Source: Microbacteriaceae bacterium (GTDB taxonomy: Bacteria > Actinomycetota > Actinomycetes > Actinomycetales > Microbacteriaceae). Taken from it: DNA of 57,635 nucleotides. Position 1 is the first letter of the stretch. Every line of letters starts with the position of its first letter. The stretch is from positions 1 through 57,635 of the forward strand of contig JABJAO010000017.1 in assembly GCA_018666065.1 (NCBI GenBank), written 5' to 3'. A model generated the notes under the pieces. It saw only the letters and a program-made list of their open reading frames with translations, had not been told where the DNA came from and did no database searches. The translations under genes were made by a program, and so were the position numbers. Below, piece by piece: positions 40,807 to 51,454 of this stretch.

Positions 40807-42231
40807 TTATCTACCAGCCCACCAGGCCAAGAGGCGTTGGGTGGCCTCCTCAACCCCGATTTCTCCCTCGTCAAGACGCACTTCCAACATGAATCGGTAG
40901 GCCTCTCCCACGTCCCTCCCCGGCGAAATGCCGAGAATTTCCATGATTGCTTCCCCGTCAAGCTCTGGCCGTAGGGCTTGAAGTTCCTCTTGCTCGGCAA
41001 GTTGGGCAATTCTCGCCTCGAGATCGTCATAGGCGAATGACAAGCGATCTGCTTTCCGCTTATTTCTCGTCGTCACGTCAGCGCGCACGAGAATGTGGAG
41101 TCGCGCGAGTTCATCGCCCGCGTCTCTGACGTACCGCCGAACGGCCGAATCAGACCACGCCTGGTCGGCATATCCAAAAAAACGAAGATGAAGCTCAATC
41201 AGTGACGCAACAGAGGCAATGCTGTGATTGTCGAACCGCAGAGCCTTGAGCCTCTTTTTCGCCAGCTTCGCTCCCACGACGTCATGGTGATAAAACGTGA
41301 CGACGCCACCGGGCTCAAATCGCCTGGTCGCGGGCTTTCCGATGTCGTGCAGCAACGCCGCGACCCGAAGGGCAACATCCGGGCTCTGGCCGGGAAACCG
41401 GCGCTTTTCCTCGTCAATTGCTTGTTCGAGAACAGTCAGGGTGTGTTCATACACGTCCTTGTGATGCGCATGCTCATCGGATTCCAGCCTCAAGGCCGGG
41501 AGTTCCGGCAACACAATGTCCGCTATGCCGGCGTCGACGAGGACTTCTAAGCCTGGTCGGGGGTTATCGGTCGAGAGCAGCCGAACCAACTCTTCGCGCA
41601 CTCGCTCCGCCGAAATGTCCGCGATCCGGGGGGCCACAGCCTTCATGGCCGCAAACGTGTCCGCCTCAATGGTGGCGCCAAGCTGGCTCACGAAACGAGC
41701 ACCCCTCATCATGCGCAAGGGATCATCCCCGAAGGAGACTTCCGGTTGAATGGGGGTCTTCAGTACTCCGGCGAGCAAATCATCAAGGCCGTTGCAGGGA
41801 TCCACAAGTTTCACATCAGGCAAAGTCAGCGCCATAGCGTTGATCGTGAAATCTCGGCGAAAAAGATCCGCCTCGAGAGTGTCTCCAAACACGACGTCAG
41901 GTTTTCTCGTCGTACCGTCGTACGTATCCGCGCGATAGGTCGTAATTTCCACAGTGTGCTGGCCCACCTGCGCCGCAATCGTGCCAAAGGCGCGGCCAAC
42001 ATCCCATGTCGCCTGGGCCAGAGGTGTGACGATTTTCTCAATCTCGTCGGGCCGCGCTGAGGTTGTGAAATCAAGATCGTGGACGGCACGGCCGAGAAAC
42101 GCATCCCGCACGGGTCCCCCGACGAGCGCCAGCTCAAACCCCGCATCAGCAAAAGCCTGCGCAAGACCCCGAATCGGCTCTTCTGAGGTGACGAGACGCA
42201 GTGTTTCCACCGCTTTCGCAACGCTCGACAT
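40807..42231 (-). CDS. cca: CCA tRNA nucleotidyltransferase (with HD domain)
   Basis: [36 protein letters not shown]. Confidence 0.94.
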   Translation of the reverse strand: MSSVAKAVETLRLVTSEEPIRGLAQAFADAGFELALVGGPVRDAFLGRAVHDLDFTTSARPDEIEKIVTPLAQATWDVGRAFGTIAAQVGQHTVEITTYRADTYDGTTRKPDVVFGDTLEADLFRRDFTINAMALTLPDVKLVDPCNGLDDLLAGVLKTPIQPEVSFGDDPLRMMRGARFVSQLGATIEADTFAAMKAVAPRIADISAERVREELVRLLSTDNPRPGLEVLVDAGIADIVLPELPALRLESDEHAHHKDVYEHTLTVLEQAIDEEKRRFPGQSPDVALRVAALLHDIGKPATRRFEPGGVVTFYHHDVVGAKLAKKRLKALRFDNHSIASVASLIELHLRFFGYADQAWSDSAVRRYVRDAGDELARLHILVRADVTTRNKRKADRLSFAYDDLEARIAQLAEQEELQALRPELDGEAIMEILGISPGRDVGEAYRFMLEVRLDEGEIGVEEATQRLLAWWAGR

Positions 42232-42234
42232 AGT

Positions 42235-42256
42235 GTTCAGAGTCTAGACTCTGAAC
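42235..42256. promoter_or_regulatory. Perfect 22-bp palindrome giving TAGACT -10 hexamers on both strands
   Basis: GTTCAGAGTCTAGACTCTGAAC between the divergent cca and DUF6049 genes. Confidence 0.6.
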
Positions 42257-42288
42257 CATGCCGGCTCGGGGGATAGTGACACTCAGGC

Positions 42289-44253
42289 GTGGATAAGTTC
42301 AGCACCAGCATAGGGGTTAGGGGTCGTCGCGGGACCCTCGCAGCCTGTGGTGTGCTCCTTGCCCTGGTGAGTGGGGTGACCAGCCCGGTCTCCCCTGCCC
42401 ATGCAAACGAAGAGCGCTCCCAGGCGCGGGTCGACCTCATCATTAGCTCCGGCGGGATCATCGATCCCACCATTGGCGGCGCCTACAGCGTCTTTCTTCG
42501 CGCAGATGAAACAGGAACGCTCGCCGCTGGTGACTTAGTCATCACGTTGACCGAAGACGCCTTCACGAGTGAAGAACAAATCCGTCGCTTTATCGCCGGG
42601 GACAGTGCCCCCGTCGCCACCGACGTTGTTGCCGCCCAGAGCCCCGAGGTTCCCCAACTCGAATCGCGGGAGGTTGTTTTTGGCTTTGACCCCGAAGTCC
42701 TCACCGACCGAGTTGCCCCAGAGCGCAGGGGCGATCCGGTGGAACCGGGGATATTTGGCCTCGAAGTGAGGTATTCGAACCCTGACAACGGGGTCGCGGC
42801 CCTACGCCAACTCGTCGGGCGTCAAATTCTCATTCTGGCTCCCGCGGGACGCGAACTGGGCACGGCGGCAATTGCCCCGATCGTGAGCCTCACCTCGGTT
42901 GCGACCGGGGGTCAAGAGCTGAGCCCCGGAGAACTCCAGGCGTTGACAATCGCAGGCGGAGCTCTCAACGAAGTAACCCGCGCTGTACAGGATTTTCCTG
43001 CCTCCCTCGCGATCGATAGCCGCATCACCGGCTCCATCACGGTCTTGGGTGATCAAGCGCCTTCGGAGGCTCTCGTGTGGGCAAGCACCCTGGGTTCAGT
43101 GGGTCTCACCCAGTTTGCCCTGCCGTGGGCGGATGCGGACCCGCTGGCGACATTGGCCATTGACACCCTCGTCTACGCGAAACTCGGCGAGTACCCCTGG
43201 GTTCACGGTGATGCCATCAGCAATGACCAACTCGCAACCCTCGCGACACGCTCGGCGTCAGCCGTGCTTGTCTCGAGCAACAGTTTGCCCTCGGACCGAG
43301 CTGTTGTCTCCGTCGGTGAAGCCCGGATTATCCGTGTCGACGCGCAACTCTCCGCGCTCGCGACCGATGCTTTGCAAGCTCCGACCGTCCTCGAAGCAGA
43401 TGCTGATTTGCAGCGCGCACAGGGGATCATCGCCTATCGGGCCCTCACGGGAAACACGGAAATCCTGGTGTTTAGCACCGGGCGCCTGCCCGCGACTGCC
43501 ATTGCTCCGCGACTGAGGTCTGTGCTGGAGGGCTTTACATCCATGGAGTTAGCGACCACTGTGGCGGTTCCCTTGGAGGCTGCTCCCACGGAAACACTGC
43601 CGGGAATCACGACAATCCCACAAACGCGACAGTGGCAAAACTTCGTGAGCTCATTGCTCGAGCTGTGGGAAAGTGACGTCGCGTTTGCGACGATTGCGGC
43701 CGATCCTGGACAAGCCGTCTATGGGCGTTGGAATAGGTATCAAGCCCTCCTGTCGTCAACGTGGAGCGAAGATCCCAATGGCTTGGCAAGCGAGTGGGAC
43801 AGAGCCCAGGAGGACTCCCGGGCGTTCCACAACTCGGTCCGGGTGGAACAGGGCAGTGCGATTACGGTACTGAGTGATCAAACCGAGCTGCCGGTCACCA
43901 TCATCAATGATCTCGAATCTTCGGTGGTCGTCACCCTTCAGGTTCGCCCCACCACGGGAATTTTGGCGGTGGAGGAACCGGCCACCCGGGTAGAAATCGC
44001 CGCCAGTTCCTCCGGTCGCGTCTTTGTCCCCGTCCAATCGCTGGCAAATGGAACCGTGGATGTGGAATTCAGCTTGACCTCGGCTCGCGGTGAGCAAGTC
44101 GGAGAGCTCATCGTCATTCCTGTCACCATTCGGGCTGGCTGGGAGGGTGTTATTAGCCTTGCCCTGGCCATATTGGTCGGCGGTGTTTTCACCTTCGGTC
44201 TTGGGCGGGCAATCCAACGTCGCCGATCCATTCAGGGAGCGGGCAATGACTAA
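42289..44253 (+). CDS. DUF6049-like secreted, membrane-anchored protein
   Basis: Signal-like N-terminus, LPWADAD, LPVTIINDL Ig-like C-terminus, C-terminal TM helix; lies upstream of murJ. Confidence 0.78.
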   Translation: MDKFSTSIGVRGRRGTLAACGVLLALVSGVTSPVSPAHANEERSQARVDLIISSGGIIDPTIGGAYSVFLRADETGTLAAGDLVITLTEDAFTSEEQIRRFIAGDSAPVATDVVAAQSPEVPQLESREVVFGFDPEVLTDRVAPERRGDPVEPGIFGLEVRYSNPDNGVAALRQLVGRQILILAPAGRELGTAAIAPIVSLTSVATGGQELSPGELQALTIAGGALNEVTRAVQDFPASLAIDSRITGSITVLGDQAPSEALVWASTLGSVGLTQFALPWADADPLATLAIDTLVYAKLGEYPWVHGDAISNDQLATLATRSASAVLVSSNSLPSDRAVVSVGEARIIRVDAQLSALATDALQAPTVLEADADLQRAQGIIAYRALTGNTEILVFSTGRLPATAIAPRLRSVLEGFTSMELATTVAVPLEAAPTETLPGITTIPQTRQWQNFVSSLLELWESDVAFATIAADPGQAVYGRWNRYQALLSSTWSEDPNGLASEWDRAQEDSRAFHNSVRVEQGSAITVLSDQTELPVTIINDLESSVVVTLQVRPTTGILAVEEPATRVEIAASSSGRVFVPVQSLANGTVDVEFSLTSARGEQVGELIVIPVTIRAGWEGVISLALAILVGGVFTFGLGRAIQRRRSIQGAGND

Positions 44254-45916
44254 TTCAGGCCACGAGTCCCGGTCCCTCGGTCGCGCAAGCATGATTCTCG
44301 CCTCGGGCACGGTCGTTTCTCGTGTCCTCGGATTTGTCAGTGCCATCATTTTGGCAAGGACACTGGGCACTGTGGGTGCTGGGGCGGACACGTTTGCGTT
44401 GGCAAACCAGCTCCCCAACAACATCTACGCCATCATTGCCGGGGGCGTGCTCAGTGCCGTTCTGGTACCGCACATCGTCAAGGCCGGCTTGGATACCGAT
44501 GGTGGGCAAAGCTTCATCAACAAAATCGTCACCCTGGGGTTCGTTATTTTCCTCGCCGTGGCAATCCTTGCAACTCTGCTTGCCCCAGCCCTGGTAGCGC
44601 TCTACGCCCAGACCGGCGGTGAGGGTGGGCGAGGTTTCAGCCCCGAGGATGTCGCCCTGGCCGTCGCCTTCGCGTATTGGTGTTTGCCCCAAGTTGTGTT
44701 CTATGCCCTCTACAGTCTGCTCAGCGAGGTTCTCAACGCTCGCAAGGTTTTTGGTCCTTTCACCTGGGCCCCCGCTCTCAACAACATCGTCGCGATGACG
44801 GGGCTGGTGGCCTTTAGTGTTCTTTTTCCCGGGGTGAATACCGCCGATGCGCTCGCGTGGACGCCAACAATGGTCGCAGTGTTGGCCGGGTCCGCAACGG
44901 CGGGGGTTGCCGCGCAGGCCTTCATACTTCTCGCGTTTTGGAAACGAGCTGGCCTGACCTATCGCCCTGATTTCCGCTGGAGAGGCGTCGGGCTGGGCAG
45001 CACCGGGCGCGCTGTGTCCTGGATGTTCGGCATGATCATCGTCGCGCAAATCGCCGGTGTGGTGCAGGCCAACGTGGCCTCTCTGGCAGCAGGTGGCGAT
45101 GCCCCCAGCCTCGCCATTCTGCGATTCTCGTGGCTGATTTTCATGCTTCCCCATTCGGTCGTCGCCGTCTCGCTTGCGACGGCGTACTTCACCCGAATGT
45201 CGACCCACGCCAGAGACCGCGACTTCGCCGCCGTCCGAGAAGACTTTATGGAGTCCGCATCCCGAATTGGTTTCTTCATGGTGCTGGCGATGGTGGGGCT
45301 GATCGTGGTCTCCCTGCCCTTTGCCCGCCAATTCGGGGGCGAACCAGAGTCCATTCGCGCGATGGCGTTGGTCATCATGTTCTACTCCCTCGGACTGGTC
45401 GCCTTCAGCGTGCTGTTCGTTGTCCAGCGAGTTTTTTATGCCTTGGAAAACACTCGGACGCCCTTTTTTCTCCAGGTCCTCCACGCGACGGTGTTTATTG
45501 CGCTCGCGCTGGGTGTATCTACCGCGAGCGTCGACACCATTGCATTTGGCCTCGCGCTCTCCGCGAGTATCGCGGGATCAGTGCAGACTCTCGTGGCCCT
45601 GGCTGTACTGCGGCGCACACTCGGAGGGCTAGCCCTCGCGCCGCTGATCGCCAATTTCGCTAAATTTGCCCTCGCGGCACTACCCGCCAGTGGCGCCGGG
45701 GTCGGGGTGTTGGTTGCAGCGGGAGGCATCGACGGCTCCCTCTACCTTTCCCAGAGCGCACCCTGGTCAGCTGCGCTCATGGGGGCAATCACCCTCGTCA
45801 TGGTCGCGGTCTACGTACTCACTCTGCTGGCTCTGCGCAGCAAAGACGCCCAGGTTGTCATTGACCCTCTGCGTCGGCGCCTGCCGTTCAGCAAGTCTAG
45901 GAACTCTACGTCCTAG
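44246..45916 (+). CDS. murJ: Lipid II flippase MurJ (MviN)
   Basis: GTVVSRVLGF, ANQLPN, RVFYALENTRTPF; start ATG 44246. Confidence 0.93.
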   Translation: MTNSGHESRSLGRASMILASGTVVSRVLGFVSAIILARTLGTVGAGADTFALANQLPNNIYAIIAGGVLSAVLVPHIVKAGLDTDGGQSFINKIVTLGFVIFLAVAILATLLAPALVALYAQTGGEGGRGFSPEDVALAVAFAYWCLPQVVFYALYSLLSEVLNARKVFGPFTWAPALNNIVAMTGLVAFSVLFPGVNTADALAWTPTMVAVLAGSATAGVAAQAFILLAFWKRAGLTYRPDFRWRGVGLGSTGRAVSWMFGMIIVAQIAGVVQANVASLAAGGDAPSLAILRFSWLIFMLPHSVVAVSLATAYFTRMSTHARDRDFAAVREDFMESASRIGFFMVLAMVGLIVVSLPFARQFGGEPESIRAMALVIMFYSLGLVAFSVLFVVQRVFYALENTRTPFFLQVLHATVFIALALGVSTASVDTIAFGLALSASIAGSVQTLVALAVLRRTLGGLALAPLIANFAKFALAALPASGAGVGVLVAAGGIDGSLYLSQSAPWSAALMGAITLVMVAVYVLTLLALRSKDAQVVIDPLRRRLPFSKSRNSTS

Positions 45917-45954
45917 ACTTGTGGGGCGAGAGGCCGATGAAAGACAGGAAGACC

Positions 45955-46908
45955 ATGCGAGACGTCGTCATTATTGGCTCCGGGCCAGCCGGATACACGG
46001 CCGCCGTGTACGCAGCGCGGGCCAATCTGAACCCCCTCGTAGTGGCATCCTCCGTCGAATTTGGTGGCGACTTGATGAACACCACCGACGTAGATAACTT
46101 TCCCGGTTTTCCTGAGGGAATCATGGGACCTGAGCTCATGACGCAGATGCAGAAACAGGCGGAGCGGTTCGGGGCGGAAATTCTGTATGACGACGTCACG
46201 TCGGTCGAGCTTGCGGGTCCGATCAAAAAGATTTCCTTGGGCAATGGCGACACGGCGGAAGCCAAGGCTGTCATCGTGGCCACGGGCTCTGCGTATAGAA
46301 AACTCGGCATTCCTGACGAAGACCGCCTGAGTGGCTACGGGGTCTCCTGGTGCGCCACCTGTGACGGAGCGTTTTACCGACAGAAGGTTGTTGCTGTCGT
46401 CGGCGGGGGAGACTCCGCGATGGAAGAAGCCACCTTCCTGACACGTTTTGCGGACAAGGTCTACATCATCCACCGTTCGGAATCCCTGCGCGCCTCAGCA
46501 GTGATGCAGCAGCGTGCACAGGATGACGAGAAGATCGAATTTATTTTCAACGGCACTGTTGCCCGCGTGTACGGAGACGAGCTGGTGTCCGGAATCGGAC
46601 TGGTCGACACCGTGACCGGCGAAGAGCGCACCCTCGATGTCTCGGGAATGTTCATCGCCATCGGTTCAGACCCGAGAACCCATGTGGTCCACGGCCAGCT
46701 CGACCTTACTGAAAACGGCACCATCGCCGTCGCGGGTCGCACCTCGAAGACCAATCTCGAGGGTGTCTTTGCCGCAGGAGACGTCATTGACCCGACCTAC
46801 CGGCAGGCAGTGACAGCCGCTGGTTCAGGATGTGTCGCGGCATTGGATGCCCAGCACTACCTCGAATCCCTTCCTCACGACCTCACGGCCGCACACCACA
46901 GCGCCTAG
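45955..46908 (+). CDS. trxB: Thioredoxin reductase
   Basis: IIGSGPAG, CATC, GGGDSA, FAAGD. Confidence 0.97.
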   Translation: MRDVVIIGSGPAGYTAAVYAARANLNPLVVASSVEFGGDLMNTTDVDNFPGFPEGIMGPELMTQMQKQAERFGAEILYDDVTSVELAGPIKKISLGNGDTAEAKAVIVATGSAYRKLGIPDEDRLSGYGVSWCATCDGAFYRQKVVAVVGGGDSAMEEATFLTRFADKVYIIHRSESLRASAVMQQRAQDDEKIEFIFNGTVARVYGDELVSGIGLVDTVTGEERTLDVSGMFIAIGSDPRTHVVHGQLDLTENGTIAVAGRTSKTNLEGVFAAGDVIDPTYRQAVTAAGSGCVAALDAQHYLESLPHDLTAAHHSA

Positions 46909-46937
46909 GGCGCTTCACACAACCAAAGGAGACAACG

Positions 46938-47264
46938 ATGAGCAGCGCACGCGACGTCACAGACCAGAACTTTGCCACCGAGGTTCTCGGCAGCGACAAG
47001 CCAATCATGGTGGATTTCTGGGCTGAATGGTGCGGTCCCTGTCGAGCGGTGTCCCCCATCCTCGACCAGATTGCCAGTGAGCACTCGGAGAAAATCGATG
47101 TCGTGAAACTCAACGTCGATGACAACCCCGAGACCGCCATGAAATACCAGATCACCTCGATTCCCACGATGAAGGTGTTCCGCGGCGGCGAGGTTGTGAA
47201 GACCGTCATGGGAGCAAAGCCCAAGCCAGCACTCGAGGCGGATTTGGCAGAATTCCTGGCCTAA
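46938..47264 (+). CDS. trxA: Thioredoxin
   Basis: WCGPC; AAGGAG RBS. Confidence 0.97.
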   Translation: MSSARDVTDQNFATEVLGSDKPIMVDFWAEWCGPCRAVSPILDQIASEHSEKIDVVKLNVDDNPETAMKYQITSIPTMKVFRGGEVVKTVMGAKPKPALEADLAEFLA

Positions 47265-47329
47265 TACCCTGAACTCGGGGATTCCCCGTATTCTGGGGGC
47301 TCCAGTCCTCTCAACCCCAAGGTTTTGTC

Positions 47330-48634
47330 ATGATGTCACCCCGCTCGGGAATATCGCTTGACCCCTGGTTTGACAACTATGCCGACCGCGCGGCGGGGTT
47401 GAGTGCGAGTGAGGTTCGAGCGTTATTTGCGGTGGCCAGTAGGCCCGAGGTTGTGTCTCTGGCCGGCGGTATGCCTTTTGTCTCCGCCTTGCCGTTTGAC
47501 AGGGTGCGCGCTTCCGTGGACCGGATTCTTGCCACAGAGGGCGCGACCGCCCTGCAGTACGGGTCTGGTCAGGGCCTGCCGAGCCTTCGAGAGAAGATTC
47601 TTGCCGTCATGGCAGAAGAGGGAATTAGGGCCGGCGTGGACGACATCGTCGTCACGACCGGATCCCAACAGGGCCTCGATTTAGTGGCCAAGCTCTTCAT
47701 TAATCCCGGCGACGCAATTCTCGCCGAATCGCCCAGCTACGTCGGGGCGATGGGGGTATTTCGCTCCTACCAGGCACGAGTCGAGCACGTGGCCATGGAT
47801 GAGCACGGCATGATTCCTGCCGCACTCACCGAACGCATCGCCCACTTGCGCACAGCGGGTGTCCCGATCAAGTTCCTCTACCTCATCCCCAACTTCCAGA
47901 ACCCCGCCGGCGTCACCTTGTCTGCGACCCGACGGGTGGAAATTCTCGACATCGCGCAGGAGAACGGGATTCTCATCGTTGAGGACAACCCCTATGGCCT
48001 GCTCTGGTTCGACTCCCCGCCTCCCCAGGCGCTCCGGAGCGTTGACGAAGGTGGCGTAATTTATCTCGGATCGTTTTCCAAGACATTTGCACCTGGACTT
48101 CGTGTGGGGTGGGTGGTCGCCCCCCATGGAATACGAGAAAAACTCGTTTTAGCATCAGAGGCGGCGATACTGTCACCGAGCTCATTCGCCCAAATGGTTC
48201 TTGCAGACTATTTCGACACCCAAGACTGGAAGAGTCAGATTGACACCTTTCGAGGCTTATACCGAGACCGTCGCGACGCCATGACTTCTGCACTTGCTGC
48301 ACACCTGCCCGATGTTGAACACACGGACCCTGCCGGTGGCTTCTACCTGTGGCTGACATTGCCCGAAGGGCTCGACTCGAAAGACATGCTCCCCCGGGCG
48401 ATCACGGAGCTCGTGGCCTACACCCCGGGCACCGCATTTTTTGCCGATGGGCGTGGGCAGCGCCACCTGAGGCTCGCGTTTTGCTACCCCGAGCCTGACT
48501 TCATCACCGAAGGAGTTCGGCGGCTGGCCCGCGTCATCACCGAGGAGAGAGAACTTGTGGAGACCTTCGGCCCAGCGCACTCCGAGGTGCAAGCTGCGGC
48601 AAACCTGGAGTCCCCGCCACCCGAGGTGGTCTAG
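47330..48634 (+). CDS. PLP-dependent class I/II aminotransferase (LysN/2-aminoadipate transaminase-like)
   Basis: SLAGGMP, FQNPAG, EDNPY, SFSKTFAPGLRVGW. Confidence 0.9.
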   Translation: MMSPRSGISLDPWFDNYADRAAGLSASEVRALFAVASRPEVVSLAGGMPFVSALPFDRVRASVDRILATEGATALQYGSGQGLPSLREKILAVMAEEGIRAGVDDIVVTTGSQQGLDLVAKLFINPGDAILAESPSYVGAMGVFRSYQARVEHVAMDEHGMIPAALTERIAHLRTAGVPIKFLYLIPNFQNPAGVTLSATRRVEILDIAQENGILIVEDNPYGLLWFDSPPPQALRSVDEGGVIYLGSFSKTFAPGLRVGWVVAPHGIREKLVLASEAAILSPSSFAQMVLADYFDTQDWKSQIDTFRGLYRDRRDAMTSALAAHLPDVEHTDPAGGFYLWLTLPEGLDSKDMLPRAITELVAYTPGTAFFADGRGQRHLRLAFCYPEPDFITEGVRRLARVITEERELVETFGPAHSEVQAAANLESPPPEVV

Positions 48635-48636
48635 GG

Positions 48637-49587
48637 ATGGGGTCGACACCCACCGTTCTCGTCCTCGCAGGGGGAATCTCGCACGAGCGCGATATCTCGC
48701 TCAAATCTGGGCGAAAAGTAGCTGATGGTCTCAGCTCGCATGAGCTCACCGTTGAGATTCGTGACCCCGACGCAAGCCTCATTGGATTTCTTGGTGACAG
48801 TGCCCCCGACGTCGTCTGGCCCGTGCTGCACGGTGCCTCCGGTGAAGACGGGGCGTTGCGGACTCTGCTCGAAATGTTGAACATCGACTACGTCGGCTCC
48901 TCCGCTGAAGCGAGCCGTTTGGCCTGGAACAAACCCGCGGCAAAGACGTTGGTGTCGCGCGCGGGCGTCGCGACGCCCGCCTCGATCACCCTTTCTCGGG
49001 ATGCGTTTCGTGAACTTGGCGCGGAAAGTGTCCTGGAGACCGTCGTCGACGCGCTGGGCGTGCCCCTGATCGTGAAGCCCGCCCAAGGGGGCTCTGCCCA
49101 GGGCGTGTCCTGGGTTGACTCACCCGCCGACCTACGCAAAGCCATGGTGCACGCCTTCACCTACTCCGACGTGGCCCTCATCGAAAAACGCATTCAGGGT
49201 GTGGAGGTGTGCGTGCCCATCATCGATACCGGAGACGGACCACACGCAATTCCCCCCGTGGAAATCGAGCCGCTGTCGGGCCACTACGACTTCGAGGCTC
49301 GCTACACCGCCGGCGCTACTCGTTTCTACACGCCACCGCGTCTGGCTAACGAGATACTCGAGGCACTGAGTGCGCACGCTCTCGATGCTTTTGCTGCGCT
49401 AGGTTTGCGGCACCTCGCGCGCATGGACTTCATCGTCGACTCTGAGGGGACCCCCTGGTTCCTCGAAGCGAGCACCATGCCTGGTCTGACGGAAACCTCG
49501 AGCACGGCGCTCGCGCTCGATTCCGCCGGCTACGACGTGGGTGGCGTGTATGCCGCCCTGGTGGAAGCGTCGCGAACTACGGCGTAA
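48637..49587 (+). CDS. D-Ala-D-Ala ligase family ATP-grasp protein (atypical paralog)
   Basis: GGISHERDIS, LHGASGEDG, VKPAQGGS, YDFEARY, LEASTMPG. Confidence 0.85.
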   Translation: MGSTPTVLVLAGGISHERDISLKSGRKVADGLSSHELTVEIRDPDASLIGFLGDSAPDVVWPVLHGASGEDGALRTLLEMLNIDYVGSSAEASRLAWNKPAAKTLVSRAGVATPASITLSRDAFRELGAESVLETVVDALGVPLIVKPAQGGSAQGVSWVDSPADLRKAMVHAFTYSDVALIEKRIQGVEVCVPIIDTGDGPHAIPPVEIEPLSGHYDFEARYTAGATRFYTPPRLANEILEALSAHALDAFAALGLRHLARMDFIVDSEGTPWFLEASTMPGLTETSSTALALDSAGYDVGGVYAALVEASRTTA

Positions 49588-50521
49588 AGCCCGGCTCTCC
49601 CAGCTCACCCAAGATTCTGTTCAAATCCGCGACGGTGGCGAAATCAATAGCCACCGTTCCCTTGGTCCTCGACAGGCTTATTCGAACGCTCGTGTTCAAG
49701 CGGTCGCCCATCCGTTCCGCTATCTCGTCCAGACCATCGCTACGACCTCCGCCGCGAACTTTCTTAACCCCAGGCTTCGAGACCTTTGCCAGACCTGCGG
49801 CTTCTTCTGCTTGGCGAACCGTCAAAGACTGCTGGACGATCTTGGTAGCGAGCGCTGACATGGCCGCGTCATCTTTGACCGCCAATAGTGCTCTCGCGTG
49901 ACCGGCGCTCAAGATTCCTGCAGCGACCTTCTTTTGAACGTCAGCGGGGAGACGCAGCAAGCGAAGAGTGTTGGTCACCTGTGGGCGTGAGCGGCCCAGT
50001 CGCGTCGCAAGCTCGTCCTGCGTAATCCCAAAATCGGACAACAACTGCTGGTATGCGGAGGCCTCTTCCAAAGCGTTGAGATTCGCCCGGTGCAAGTTTT
50101 CCAGCAGCGCATCGCGCAACATCGCGTCGTCATCGGTTTCTCTCACAACGGCAGGGATAGTGGGCAGTCCCGCAGCAGTTGCGGCCCGAAGCCGGCGTTC
50201 GCCCATGATCAGTTCATACGCAACAACGCCTTCTGCCCGAGCGAGAGGGCGCACCACAATGGGCTGGAGGACACCAAACTCCTTGACGGAGTGGATGAGC
50301 TCTTCGAGCTCGTCCTGATGGAACTCCTTCCGCGGTTGCTTGGGGTTGGGCCTAATGGAGGCAGGTGCAACGGAGACCAGTGACGCACCGGGAATTGAGA
50401 CCAAGTCCGCTGTGTCGGAGGTCTGGGGGAAGAACACATCAACGGGGCGATCACCGGAGGTTGGGGCCTCGGGAATCAGGGCTCCAATTCCTCGTCCCAG
50501 GCCTGTTCTCTTCTGTGCCAT
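49577..50521 (-). CDS. parB: Chromosome partitioning protein ParB
   Basis: GLGRG, QPR, GERRLRA, ENLHR, HTH. Confidence 0.97.
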   Translation of the reverse strand: MAQKRTGLGRGIGALIPEAPTSGDRPVDVFFPQTSDTADLVSIPGASLVSVAPASIRPNPKQPRKEFHQDELEELIHSVKEFGVLQPIVVRPLARAEGVVAYELIMGERRLRAATAAGLPTIPAVVRETDDDAMLRDALLENLHRANLNALEEASAYQQLLSDFGITQDELATRLGRSRPQVTNTLRLLRLPADVQKKVAAGILSAGHARALLAVKDDAAMSALATKIVQQSLTVRQAEEAAGLAKVSKPGVKKVRGGGRSDGLDEIAERMGDRLNTSVRISLSRTKGTVAIDFATVADLNRILGELGEPGFTP

Positions 50522-51414
50522 TATGCGGGTGCTCCTCTGTGTGCGATTTCCAACGCTGCCTCTTGATAGGCCACGGCTCCGGGGGAGCCCTGGTCATACT
50601 CAATCACTGTCTGGCCATAACTGGGCGCTTCCGACACCCGCACCGAGCGCGGAATTACAGCGCCCAGTGTCTGGTGGGGGAAATGGGACCTGACGTCCGA
50701 GACCACCTGGTGCGCCAGGTTCGTGCGAGTGTCGAACATCGTGAGGACAATGGTCGACAGGTTCAAATTGGGGTTCAGGTGTCCCTTGACCAAGTCAATA
50801 GTGTTCACCAATTGGCTCACACCTTCGAGCGCGTAATACTCACACTGGATCGGTATCAACACCTCCCGCGCTGCGGTGAAGGAGTTAATGGTGAGCAGGC
50901 CGAGCGATGGTGGACAGTCGATAAAGACGTAGTCGACCGCTTCGCCCGCAGGAGAGCTCAAGAATGTCGTTATCGCGCGCTGGAGACGGTATTCCCTCGC
51001 GGCCATCGAGACAAGTTCGATTTCGGCACCTGCAAGATCCAAATTGGAGGGAGCGCACAGGAGGTTGGGATTGCCTGGGCTTGCCTGAATAACGTCAGCA
51101 AGCGGTGTTACCCCCACGACAACGTCATAGATGCTCGCGATGTCTGCGTGATGATTGATGCCCAGGGCCGTGGACGCGTTTCCTTGGGGGTCTAAATCAA
51201 TCACCAGCACAGTGCTCCCAAAACGTGCGAGTGCGCTGGCGATGTTGACCGCTGTCGTCGTCTTACCGACGCCGCCTTTCTGGTTTGCCACAGTAAAAAC
51301 CCGCGGGGAGCTCGGGCGTGGTGCCTGAGCCTGCGCGAGTGCAGCCCGGCGTTTACTGAGGTCCGCGAGTTCAGTGGCCAGCGGAGTGGAGTCATCAAAC
51401 GGTGTGTCAGCCAC
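50521..51414 (-). CDS. parA: Chromosome partitioning ATPase ParA
   Basis: NQKGGVGKTT, DLDPQGN, DCPPSLG. Confidence 0.97.
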   Translation of the reverse strand: MADTPFDDSTPLATELADLSKRRAALAQAQAPRPSSPRVFTVANQKGGVGKTTTAVNIASALARFGSTVLVIDLDPQGNASTALGINHHADIASIYDVVVGVTPLADVIQASPGNPNLLCAPSNLDLAGAEIELVSMAAREYRLQRAITTFLSSPAGEAVDYVFIDCPPSLGLLTINSFTAAREVLIPIQCEYYALEGVSQLVNTIDLVKGHLNPNLNLSTIVLTMFDTRTNLAHQVVSDVRSHFPHQTLGAVIPRSVRVSEAPSYGQTVIEYDQGSPGAVAYQEAALEIAHRGAPA

Positions 51415-51429
51415 TGAGTGAGTCCCTCC

Positions 51430-51449
51430 AATGTTTCACGTGAAACATT
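51430..51449. promoter_or_regulatory. parS site
   Basis: AATGTTTCACGTGAAACATT, perfect palindrome upstream of parA. Confidence 0.95.
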
Positions 51450-51454
51450 CTGCG

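Noticed and set aside
40683-41030. N-terminal extension of rpsF in the ORF track (similar extensions for purB, murJ, trxA, znuA, the Pif1-like helicase and the crt genes)
   Set aside because: RBS or -10 positions and family N-termini support the shorter starts
47266-47300. Imperfect hairpin after trxA
   Set aside because: Only a short CGGGG/CCCCG core, a mismatched outer stem and no U-tract; too weak to call a terminator
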